Source: Corallochytrium limacisporum Hawaii
Lineage: Eukaryota; Protista; Pluriformea
Length of the DNA: 64,000 nt
Assembly (NCBI GenBank): GCA_002811645.1
Contig: PDIP01000005.1
Coordinates: forward strand, 197,198-261,197
Direction: 5' to 3'
In this document: one piece after another, positions 11,053-21,359 of the stretch
How positions within the stretch are numbered: the first letter of the stretch is position 1
Layout: the number at the start of each line of letters is the position of its first letter
Program-made: the position numbers and the translations under genes
The notes under the pieces: model-generated
Databases searched by the model: none
What the model was told of the DNA's origin: nothing
Seen by the model: only the letters and a program-made list of their open reading frames with translations

Positions 11053-14035
11053 GACTATCTGTCTATGCGCGCTCTAGAAACCCGTCGATGTAAACATGCA
11101 GTATTAATTCTCTAACCCATGGCTTTGCTACTAAATCTGATGGATCACTATGACTATTACCATTCACGGTGAAGCGATTCACACCTAAGCACACATTAGA
11201 GCAGTCTCAATCGGCAAGTTCGGCATGTAGTGTAGGCGTCTTCATATACCCAGCAATTTAACCTGGCTTTGGGTAGTCTGATCTCAAAGACGTTCTGGTC
11301 CGTGCAAACACTAGTCACTCTTAGGTGTGGAAGACCACGTACGCTGCTACATCTGGGTACAGTAATCGAAATCGCTCTCCTTATCATCGTAGTAGACCAG
11401 CTTACTCTGCCGTTCCTGGGAGATGGAAACAATGAGTGGCTGCCCCAACTTTAAAACTTTCGTGCTCTTGGGGCCAGCCTCCCTGCTTGTGACGGGGCAA
11501 CTCCGGGTCAAGAAATCCTTCAACGTTGAAGTGGGCCCCTTAAAAGATAGAAGTCAAACGGTGCCGGGGAAATTCCGGGGACGCTACCAGTCACCACTCT
11601 TAACTGAGTGACGGGTCATGGACAAAAGACTGCGCCCGCGATGTGCGAAATCAGCCTGCCGGCCTACTCGGCAATACATTTCTCGCGCCCAATAGAACTC
11701 ACTCGCTTGTGATGCATCCATCACTTGGCCTCTCCCATGTAATGTTCTTCGCCATATATTTTGTATTGAATATTTTAGAGCAACCGCAGGCCACTGGGCA
11801 GCGAAACGGTATCCAGAAAGCACGTGCGATTTTTTCTCCATTATGCAGTAGCACGTCCCAACCACTCGACAATCTACAACCAGTGCGTGATGCACATCGA
11901 TATAATCTATCAGTAGAATTAGACTTGCGTGAAGGAGGATCCCTTGCCATCTCAGGGTTTTAGCAGCTCGCTTCCTTGGGTACCTATCTTTCCTAGCACT
12001 CTTCGTCGCAACAGCGAAGGCTGAGTCCGTCCCATTCCGTTCCAATGCCTGCGCTTTGCGGGTTTCCTCCTCCTCCGTTGATCGTTGGCTGAACCACAAC
12101 CCCGTACTTCTTGTTCTTCGTTGTCAACTCGGACCCACCGCGTAAAACTATGAGCTGTGGTTCTGTTCATAGCCTTCATTCCTAGGCTTGGTGGAATAGC
12201 TCGACGACAAGCCAACGCCTTCGCGTACAGTCAGCCAACTCCCAGTATGACTGCACCACTTGCCGCGGGGCGAGAACAGATGAGAGACCGCAACAGGAGT
12301 AAGAGAGGGACGCCACCAAGAGGAAATTCCTTGCTTCCTTACTTTCCCAATTATCAGCAGATATTCAATTTCCCTCAAATGGATGCGGCTGGCTTTTTGC
12401 AGGTTCGCAGGGCCATACCCAGCTGGCACCCACGTTCCAAAATTGCAGTCCCTAAAGAGAAGAACATGGGTATGGCTCTTCTACATGTCAACAGGAAGTC
12501 TACACTCCTTTGAGAGTGTGTTCTGTAGTTGCTGCTCGCACCAACCATGTCAGAGGCACATGCCCGAGATCTGTGCTGAGAGTGCAACACTCTAATTGCT
12601 GAGTGACAATAGAGCAGCAGCAGCCTGTCATGGGAGAGAACAGGAGAAGGATCAGAGTCGATCCGTTCTATTCTTACTAATTTACCGATCATAGGGGAAA
12701 TGGCTCAATCCATTACTGCATCCAATTAATTCACGCATTGCATCGCCCAAGTGCAGAAGCCACTTCTCTCATTCATGTCGCCGATAAAAAAGGTCTGGAG
12801 ACCGTGATTGCCGAAATACATTGAGGCGGAATTCTCCTCGAACACCCAATAATCTTTAATCCAAAAAATGAGGATATCATTTATACCCACCCCCTAGTAA
12901 CAATACCCCTAGTGGGTGGCGGGTCGGTGTCCTGCGAAGTCTCCCATTCCCGTACCCGCCTGACTGCCAGGGGCGACATGCACAGTGCTCTCGATGGGCG
13001 CGGAAAGGGAAAGGCCTGGGCGACCCACACAACCCCAGGTCTAATGGCCTAACCAAGTCAAAGATTCATGGCACACAAGGTGGATGTCAATGACACAAAT
13101 TATGATATGGTAGTGCTCTCGGCCAGCTGCAGGCCTCGGGCCCGTATGATTCACACCAGTGACCGAAATTGGAGGAAGACAGCAGAGGCTCCACTAGCTT
13201 GCCTTGCTCATCCTTCATCTCAATACTCAACAGACATAGGTCTGCGACAGTACCTGCAAACAAAAGGGAAGGTGACGATTTACCCATACCGTATTTATTC
13301 TGAAGGTGAGTGTTAGGTCTTTGTTGGTAAGCGGTACTCTTTGAACATGAATCAGTTTCCAACAGGCTCAAGATAGAGAACAGACCGTGGCCGTGGTTTA
13401 TTCTGGCAGAGAACCTTCAGTGACATCTAGAGAGCACAAGACAACCTTCACAACATACAAGCCACAGCCTTTTCGTTAGCCTCTCTAGGCCCCTGTCACA
13501 TTGTGACCTCGTTGTCGTTCAATGGCATCCTCCGGATACACACTGCCAAAACACCGCGCGGGACACCTTGGCGACCGAGGTGATAACAACAAAAGGAAGC
13601 AAACGAAGGGGAAACCGAACCATGGAAAGGTTAGGGAAATTAGACCCCCATGCTGAGATTCACTGACGGAAATTCGTTCCCGGGGCCAGCCGCCTGTGGA
13701 GACCTCTATGGCCCGTGGATCAATTTGATTTTCGCTCAGGCCAAGCGGGGGCCTCGTTAGGGTCTCCGTTTCCCGCTCTGGGGCAAAGCCACACACGGCC
13801 GGATGCGGGGCTGGAGCCAGGAGAGAGGCTGAGCAATATTTGAGAGACAGCCCGCCTATGTGGATTCTAAGCCGAATCACTTGTACAGAGACTCATGTTC
13901 TTTCGGGGTACTTCAACAGTGATCCCACGAAACAGTGGATAAAGCAAGACCATGTCGTCGTTGCCGGGATGCATCGAATTCAACTGGACATAATCCGGGA
14001 CAATTATTCTAGTAGACAGACCTACAACAAACGAG

Positions 14036-15334
14036 ATGCCTGTCCTCACTCCCAAACATTTTGCAAGGTATCTCAATGAGGCATCTCAGCTGCGCAAACC
14101 GTCTGCGATTCGTGCTCTCCAGCCCTTGCTGAGCATTCCCGGGATGATCAGCCTGGGAGGAGGAATGCCCAACTCGGATACATTTCCCATAACAGAGATG
14201 AGTTTTAAATACCGCACTGATCCAAACGGGGCAAACGGAACCGGGATTGAGGAGGTCACTATTCGTGGCAATGACATGGACGCAGCAATGCAATACAGTC
14301 CGAGCCAGGGGATGAAGGACCTTCAGAATGCACTACTCGACCTGATCAAGAAAGAGCACAACCCTCCGTCTGGGATTGTGCCAACTCTGGCCACTTGCGT
14401 CACCACCGGTAGTCAGGACGCTCTATCAAAAGCCTTTGAGAATTTGGTCGGCCCAGAGAAAGGTGTCTTTGTCGAATCACCGTGTTACTCCGGCACTCTG
14501 GCGGCCCTGGCCCCGCTTCGTGCAGAGAAAATAGAAGTACCTGCAGACAGCGATGGCATCGATCCGGACGCTCTCAAGGCTCTGCTCAAGGGTTGGGATG
14601 CTCAAAACCCTTCGAAACCGATGCCCAATGTCCTCTATCTCATCGCCACTGGTTCAAATCCATCTGGAGGCAGCCTTACACTCGACCGCAAGAAGAAAAT
14701 TTATGCTCTTGCGCAGGAATACGACTTGCTAATCATGGAAGATGATCCGTACTACTACATGCAGTTCGCAGAGACAAGAACTCCTTCTTTTCTGTCCCTA
14801 GATGAGGACGGTCGTGTTCTCCGCTTTGGCTCCTTCTCTAAGACTATCAGTAGCGGTCTGCGCATTGGTATGGTCTGTGGTCATGAAGAGTTGGTGAACC
14901 GTGTCGAACTAACCATGCAAGCGTCTGAGCTGCACACGTCTGGAATCTCTCAAATGGTCTTGTTGTCGCTGCTCCGGGCATGGGCGAGTAAGGGTGACGG
15001 ATTCGAGCGGCATATTGCTATGATCTGCGAATTCTACCGTCGGAGACGTGACGTAATGATTGCCGCATTAGAGAAGCACCTAACCGGCCACGCTACCTGG
15101 GGCATACCAAAGGCTGGAATGTTCGTGTGGATCAAACTGGATGGTATCTCGGACAGTAAGACGCTGATCGAGCAGGAGGCTCGTGAGGCCAAAGTTATTC
15201 TCATCCCTGGCCAGGTATTCATGCCGAACGGACAAACGTCGAACCACGTGCGGGCAAGCTACTCGACTGCCACCGATGAACAGATAGACACGGCTATCGG
15301 GCGACTGGCAGATATTCTGAGGAACCACCAATAG
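14036..15334 (+). CDS. AADAT: Kynurenine/alpha-aminoadipate aminotransferase (class I PLP)
   Basis: SQLRKPSAIR, MISLGGGMPN, SNPSG, IMEDDPYYYMQF, SFSKTISSGLRIG (PLP lysine), GMFVW. Confidence 0.9.
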   Translation: MPVLTPKHFARYLNEASQLRKPSAIRALQPLLSIPGMISLGGGMPNSDTFPITEMSFKYRTDPNGANGTGIEEVTIRGNDMDAAMQYSPSQGMKDLQNALLDLIKKEHNPPSGIVPTLATCVTTGSQDALSKAFENLVGPEKGVFVESPCYSGTLAALAPLRAEKIEVPADSDGIDPDALKALLKGWDAQNPSKPMPNVLYLIATGSNPSGGSLTLDRKKKIYALAQEYDLLIMEDDPYYYMQFAETRTPSFLSLDEDGRVLRFGSFSKTISSGLRIGMVCGHEELVNRVELTMQASELHTSGISQMVLLSLLRAWASKGDGFERHIAMICEFYRRRRDVMIAALEKHLTGHATWGIPKAGMFVWIKLDGISDSKTLIEQEAREAKVILIPGQVFMPNGQTSNHVRASYSTATDEQIDTAIGRLADILRNHQ

Positions 15335-15453
15335 TAACGTCAGCTGTGATTGTCTTTGTCCCCTAATTGTTGAACTAGTGTTACATAGATGGATACAAAT
15401 TACATTCTGACTCTCTGTGAATATTGTACTATACTACTGATACTGAGGTATGC

Positions 15454-18400
15454 TCATTTCTTTCGCATTTTGAACTTTAGTTTTGGCTTCGCAGATTTCT
15501 GCTCCACACCAGACTCGGACCCGTCCGTGGCGTTGCTTTCGTCAATGCTCCGTTTTGCTGCAGCACTATCGGCCGCATTCGGAGGAGCCAATCTTTCGCT
15601 ACCACTGCTCCGTGCTGAGTTCGGATGGGTCGGATCCGTTAACCGCCGTTTGGGGCCACCGATTGAAAACTTCAGCTTCGGGCGCGGTGGTGGATCCTCA
15701 GTTAGTTCAACAGCGGGAAGTTCTGCAGGTGTGGGCGCGTGTGCCGGAGACGCAGGCAGGGACGGCGGTGGACCCGAGGCGGCTGGTGCGTACACTGGGC
15801 TTGCAGGTCGGTTCGGTTCATCAGTGCCAGACACTACTGGCTCCGCAACAGATGGCACTGGTCGTGGTGTGGCCGTAGCGGTCGGTTCCACGGCTGGCAA
15901 CTGTGACGTAGACTTGGACCGTCCCCGTCCAAGACTAAGCTTCAGACCACCACCACTCGATGCCGGCATTGGAACCTCACGCGGTTCATAGACAGGGGAA
16001 TAGTCAGGGCCCTTTTTGCTGGCCGACTTCGATCGATCTCCGCCGCGGGCGATGCCACCACCCGCGTGCCTCCCGTCACCAGTGAAATCCCCGCCAGAAG
16101 CCCCACCACCGGGCGGCGAGGTGCCGCTCACCTCACGGTCAGAGCCCTCAAAATCTGACTGTGGTGGGCTAATTGCCGGAGAGTACGTCGGCGAGAACGC
16201 GCGCGGGTGGTCCGGGCTGCTCGCAGCGCTGCCTGGGAGCGAACTGATATCCGATTTCTGTGGCAATACAAGCTTCAGCGCCATTCGCGGAGCCGGTGGT
16301 GGTGCACCAGAGCTGTTCTGACCGCGGCTACCGAGGCGCAGTCGTAAGGTGCCCTTGAAACCACCGCCGGCCATGTCAGTGTCGGAGGCGCCGGAGTCGC
16401 TCATCGCGCCCTCGTAGCGTGGTGATCTGTCTCCGATATGGGATGGAGAGGCTCCTGGTAGCGCATTGCGGAACTTTGATAATGAGATGCGCAGAGGCAT
16501 GCTGGCTTGGCCCACCGCGGTGCGCTCTTCGACCTCAGTCTGAACGCGGCGGTTCAATTCACGGGCAAGAGCAAAGCACCTGCGGTCAAACCGGCATTTT
16601 TTTATGAACAGACGCCATAATAACGTCTTCAACTCCATGAGACGATCGAATGGCAGGTCCTTGACGTCCAGCAGTTCAATGAGCGCACTGAGAGCTTCAA
16701 AGCGCATTTGTGCGTGATGGTCGCGGTACGCAATTTCAATGACAAACCGTAGGACTTTGGAGAGAAGTCCGCTGTTGCCACTTAAACCCTTGACAAAGCG
16801 AAGGGATTCGCGCAGAGCAACCACGCGGATGTTGAAGAGATTGCCATACTGTGCATGTGAATGGAAAACTTCTGGGGAGAAGCTCAGCACACCCATGGCC
16901 ATGAGACCACCGTAGGCACTGATGCTTGAGACGGTGATCATGTTGTGATAGGATGGCAGAACTTTGTCCAAATTGTGGGCATGCACAATGGCCTCTACCG
17001 CACGGTGAACAAGTTGGTCATGCCCCGCGCCGTGCCCATTAATTCGAACGCCTCCCGCCCGCCCTGCCGTCGCGGTAGCGTCGTCCATAGACCGGTAAGC
17101 GGCATCGTAGTACCGCATCAGGCAGCTATGAACTAAGTCGATGCAGCTGGACAGAAAGTAATTGTTCGAGTAGAAGTTCTCAGTGTTGTCCTCGTATTCC
17201 AGGATACTCAAGGCAAACTCCATGTTGGCCTGAGCAAACTTCTTGGTATCCTGGGGTGTTGCCAGCGATCCCAGGCCGCCGATGCATGTCAACATATCCT
17301 TCTCCACGAAATATTCGGAAATGTCGTGAAAATCGTTCGGCTTGATTATACCAGACTGTGTGAAGTAGAGTTCCTTGAAGGCGTTGATGAGGCACAGTCC
17401 GCCCTTTTCGTGCTGATAACGGTTCGTCATGTCTCTCAAGACCTCACATGCACGCACCCTCACGCGATGATAGAATCGTTTTTGTTTGATGATCTTGACT
17501 AGTCCTTCATAGACGATCTCCAGATCAAAGTTAATAAGCTCAGTGATTGCACGGCACTGTTGAATGATATCACGCTCCTCCAAAGCTTGGGCAAGCCACT
17601 GCTTCGGGGTCTGTTCCATGCTAACCTGCGAGATCCAGTGCGTGTCCGGGTCAAGGATGAGGTAATGTACAGAAGACGGCTTGTCTTGATCTGCAACGGC
17701 GCCATTGGGCACGGGCTCAGAAGGCGCACCTTGCGTACCTTCTGGCGAGTGTGGGGTCCGAGCGCCCTCTGGGCCCGGAGTACCCCCATCAGCTCCTGGG
17801 GCAGCAGAACCTGCGGTTGCAGCAGCCGCTTCAATGGCCTTTGTCTTTGCCTTGGTCCTCGAGCGTGGTGTCGCCTTCTTGTTCTTCTTCTTGTTCTTTG
17901 GGTAGTTGATCTCGAAAACGTGCTGGAAATCGGAAATAAACAAATCATCGTAGATCTCTGGACCATGCACACCGTTGACCTTAATCTTCAGCTTACCCCG
18001 ATACGGCTCTGCCTTGCCGACCTGTGCAGGTGGGACGCCTCGACGGTCCTGATGAACCCGAACGGTAACAACACCTCTTCCTTCGTCAACTGCATATGAA
18101 CCCGACAGACCCATCCAACCACTGGCTGCAACCCATTGCATGTGCAGAGTCTCGTTGTCACGTTTACTCAGATCAAATGTCTTTCTAAGCTTCTTGTAAA
18201 AGCTCTGGCTGTCCACGTAGAGACTGTCCAGGGACGTGAGGTAAGCCTTAAGGGCCGTGTGAAAGTTCTCCGTTCCAATGATGTGTGAAAGCATGCGCAG
18301 AACGAGGAAGGCACGGGTCTGCGAATGGCTGTACTGGCCGAGAGTTAGATGTTTGAAGTTGACTGCCTCCAGCTTTGGCTTCGCACGATCCGTACACAGG

Positions 18401-19893
18401 GCGTTCATGTCTTGGTAAATGCGGAATGACCTCTCGTTAAACCCAAAGAGTTTAGCTTGTAGATGATCAGACACATATGACGCCAGGGCGGACACTAGCC
18501 ACGCATCGCTGTCACGCGCCGGATCCAAATAGAGTCCGAAGAACTGGCGGGAGATGGCCTGACAGAGCAGTTGCCGTGTGAGGAACACTTGATCTATGAT
18601 GCGCTCAGTGTGAAGCAACTGGGTCGAACAGACCAACAGGGATGGGTATTCAGCAATCGGAAGCTGGCTATCGTCAACAAAGACAATCTTCAGCTGCTCG
18701 AAGGGATATGCAAAACCTAGAAACTTGGACGCTAGGTTTAGAATGTATGGCAGAAATTCCACTGTGTCCTGCAACATGCCCTCGCAGGCCGGCAGAGCAA
18801 AAGTGGTCACAAAGGGCAGGTCCGGCACCTTGTGCACCACAAATTGACCAATGGAGAATCCGATGTTTCGCGCACTCATCGGCACATCGCACTTAAAGAC
18901 TGATGTTTTGAGCTGGACACGGTTACCGGCCTTGTCCTTCATAACATGCCGTGTAGACGATTCCAGGCTGCCCGGACAGACAGCTTTCATCGCTGCGGGA
19001 ATGGTCAAGTCAAATTGCCATTGGCAAACCGTATCATGGTGGTCGAAACAAGGTACGATGGCACCTGGACCGCTGGAGTTCGTCGATATGAACATATGCT
19101 GTGGTCGTGCCGCCACGTCCTCATTCCAGGGATTCACAAATTGTATCGCGCTATCACTCTTGCGCACTTCGTAATTGACCTTGATGACACAGCTCAGTGG
19201 GCCAGCCAGTCGGAACGGTGTCGGCAAGTCAATTACCACATGACCCAACTGCTCATTCGCGGATTTTCCTTCCAAGAGTTCGACATACTTTCCAATATTA
19301 CCATCAACCGCATCGTAATCCTCACTACTCAACTCTGTAATGGCCGGCTGCTGCTGAAATGTGACCGGACTTCCATCCACTAGGACACTGAAAATCTTCA
19401 TCTGCATACAATTCAGCGAAATCTTGTCTATCCGCACCGGATCAATTGCATACTTTGCCACTTCTTCATCAAACAAAATCGCTAACTCAGTCGATCCCGA
19501 AAGCGACTGCCGGTCAAAGTTCACACTCAATTGTATCCGTTGGTGTCTTAGCCGTAGTGCAGGTCTTTCGACCTCCACGCCTTCGGAATCTGCGTCAACT
19601 TTTGCAAAATTCCGCGCCAATGTGTTCTTGAGCATAATCGGGCCTGCATGTTGCAGATTCTTTCTGTGTTCCTTCAACTGTTTCTCTCTATCGCCTGATA
19701 GTGTGCTGGGACCCTTAAATTCAGCACCTCCGCCAGATTTTAACCGAATTCGTACCCCGCCACCGCCGCTGATAGCTGCCGGGGCTGTCGGCGCTGCTAG
19801 GGCCGCAGACCCATTGCTTTGAACAGGAGCCAATTTCATGCGCAGAGGCTGTGGTGCCGCCAGCGGCGGATCTACCGCTGCTGGTTCCGACAT
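15454..19893 (-). CDS. TAF2: TFIID subunit 2 (M1-aminopeptidase-like fold) with long low-complexity tails
   Basis: 1479 aa; STQLLHTERIIDQVFLTR, QALEERDIIQQCRAI, FYHRVRVRAC, IKPNDFHDISEYF, DNTENFYSNNYF, LPSYHNMITVS match TAF2 motifs. Confidence 0.93.
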   Translation of the reverse strand: MSEPAAVDPPLAAPQPLRMKLAPVQSNGSAALAAPTAPAAISGGGGVRIRLKSGGGAEFKGPSTLSGDREKQLKEHRKNLQHAGPIMLKNTLARNFAKVDADSEGVEVERPALRLRHQRIQLSVNFDRQSLSGSTELAILFDEEVAKYAIDPVRIDKISLNCMQMKIFSVLVDGSPVTFQQQPAITELSSEDYDAVDGNIGKYVELLEGKSANEQLGHVVIDLPTPFRLAGPLSCVIKVNYEVRKSDSAIQFVNPWNEDVAARPQHMFISTNSSGPGAIVPCFDHHDTVCQWQFDLTIPAAMKAVCPGSLESSTRHVMKDKAGNRVQLKTSVFKCDVPMSARNIGFSIGQFVVHKVPDLPFVTTFALPACEGMLQDTVEFLPYILNLASKFLGFAYPFEQLKIVFVDDSQLPIAEYPSLLVCSTQLLHTERIIDQVFLTRQLLCQAISRQFFGLYLDPARDSDAWLVSALASYVSDHLQAKLFGFNERSFRIYQDMNALCTDRAKPKLEAVNFKHLTLGQYSHSQTRAFLVLRMLSHIIGTENFHTALKAYLTSLDSLYVDSQSFYKKLRKTFDLSKRDNETLHMQWVAASGWMGLSGSYAVDEGRGVVTVRVHQDRRGVPPAQVGKAEPYRGKLKIKVNGVHGPEIYDDLFISDFQHVFEINYPKNKKKNKKATPRSRTKAKTKAIEAAAATAGSAAPGADGGTPGPEGARTPHSPEGTQGAPSEPVPNGAVADQDKPSSVHYLILDPDTHWISQVSMEQTPKQWLAQALEERDIIQQCRAITELINFDLEIVYEGLVKIIKQKRFYHRVRVRACEVLRDMTNRYQHEKGGLCLINAFKELYFTQSGIIKPNDFHDISEYFVEKDMLTCIGGLGSLATPQDTKKFAQANMEFALSILEYEDNTENFYSNNYFLSSCIDLVHSCLMRYYDAAYRSMDDATATAGRAGGVRINGHGAGHDQLVHRAVEAIVHAHNLDKVLPSYHNMITVSSISAYGGLMAMGVLSFSPEVFHSHAQYGNLFNIRVVALRESLRFVKGLSGNSGLLSKVLRFVIEIAYRDHHAQMRFEALSALIELLDVKDLPFDRLMELKTLLWRLFIKKCRFDRRCFALARELNRRVQTEVEERTAVGQASMPLRISLSKFRNALPGASPSHIGDRSPRYEGAMSDSGASDTDMAGGGFKGTLRLRLGSRGQNSSGAPPPAPRMALKLVLPQKSDISSLPGSAASSPDHPRAFSPTYSPAISPPQSDFEGSDREVSGTSPPGGGASGGDFTGDGRHAGGGIARGGDRSKSASKKGPDYSPVYEPREVPMPASSGGGLKLSLGRGRSKSTSQLPAVEPTATATPRPVPSVAEPVVSGTDEPNRPASPVYAPAASGPPPSLPASPAHAPTPAELPAVELTEDPPPRPKLKFSIGGPKRRLTDPTHPNSARSSGSERLAPPNAADSAAAKRSIDESNATDGSESGVEQKSAKPKLKFKMRKK

Positions 19894-20731
19894 TTCTTTA
19901 CTTGATATGTTGCCAGGTGTCTGTGCACGCCATCTCTCGTTTCACAGTCTGCCTTTCCCGAGTGACATCATTGTCTCTGCTTCACAGAGAGTATAGCAGG
20001 CAGATTCCTGCGCTTCACTTATCGCTCAATTGCCATCTGTGCCGAGAGCACCTCAAGTTCAATGTTTTGATCTCTTATATAACTAGTCACGAAAATAGTC
20101 CGCCAGGCTGGCTCTTCCTCACCGCAGAGGGGAAGGTAGTGCACCGCGCGCACAATACACCCTCCGGGGGGCCTAATTTCCCCAAAATGTGTATACGGCG
20201 AGTATGAACAATGCTTGGGCAGGTGGAAAATTGAAGGGACAAGGACGTTTGCCATATTCTTTTTTGGTTGAAGGAAGTTCCCCCTAGCGAAACGCGCGGT
20301 TCGGCAGAGCATTGCACACTGTTCCGGGTGGGGCTGGCCTTTGTATCGCGAGGGAAGTTTCATCGAAAAAGTTCGGCGGTGCAGTCTCGATACCCCGTCG
20401 CAGGGAGGGGGGTGGCGGCCACACACTTTTTGGGTGCGCTTCATAGAAATTCTTGAACCTTTGCCTTCGGTTCCAGAGACATGAAAGGAGGAAGCGAGAG
20501 AGGTGGTACGGAGATCGGGCATGTGGACTATCGTGACAGGTGAAACTTGTGTAGAACAAGGGGATACATAGAACTCAGCTATTTGAATAGTATCTGCCCA
20601 TATCCACCATGTTTACACAATGTGTAATGGAGATGGAATTGCTATCACCGACTTCCATAAAGACGCTTCGCCTAGCCATTTTCTTTGGGAAGTTTTAATG
20701 AAGGAAAGAAATAGCATTTCTACATCATAAA

Positions 20732-21133
20732 ATGGGTGATGCATGGGACAGTTGGGAAGACGCTGCAGACGCAGGTGCGTTGACGCCAGAACCTCCGAAG
20801 AAAGTAAAGCCAAATGAATGGAATTTTGGTGGAAGCGTGGGCGACGCCCCAGCAAACACAATTATTAAGGCAGACGAGAAGCCCAAAATGAAGATTCTCA
20901 AGCGAAATGTCAAGCAGAACTCATCGGAAACAGATCAAGAACTAGAACGGGCTGCGAAGGACCATGCCAAGAGCTTAAAGCAAAGGGAAAAGGACTATGC
21001 TGCAGCACGGGCTCGAATCTTTGGATCCGGCACACCGTCCCCAGAACCAGGATCAGAGGGACGGTCACCCGACGAGAAACCCATTGAGTTTCGGCCAAAA
21101 AAGATTCAACAGCGTCCCAAAAACAAAAGCTAG
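20732..21133 (+). CDS. SZRD1: SUZ domain-containing protein
   Basis: DSWEDAAD N-terminus, MKILKR, KSLKQREKDYAAARARIFGS (SUZ). Confidence 0.85.
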   Translation: MGDAWDSWEDAADAGALTPEPPKKVKPNEWNFGGSVGDAPANTIIKADEKPKMKILKRNVKQNSSETDQELERAAKDHAKSLKQREKDYAAARARIFGSGTPSPEPGSEGRSPDEKPIEFRPKKIQQRPKNKS

Positions 21134-21359
21134 GTCAGTAAGTCGTGAAACGAGATATCTGTTCAGTAATGAAGTGCACCCAACGGATGCAATGAAAAGA
21201 AATTTAATGAAATGAAATGTAACATACACTGTTTACCATACGCTCTCGTCGGAGGCGGTCATGATTGTTCGTGTGATTATTGATTCAAAGAGCGATGAGA
21301 GGGGATTGTGAGAATTTGTCATGTTCTGGGCGCATCTAGTGCTTTCTCGTCTCATCATA

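Noticed and set aside
11584-12692. Short ORFs with CRRAIP repeated twice on the minus strand
   Set aside because: Little nucleotide identity, intervening stops, no family; likely chance
13068-13316. 82-aa ORF ending near a GTGAGT donor-like site
   Set aside because: No convincing downstream exon, and AADAT is complete without it
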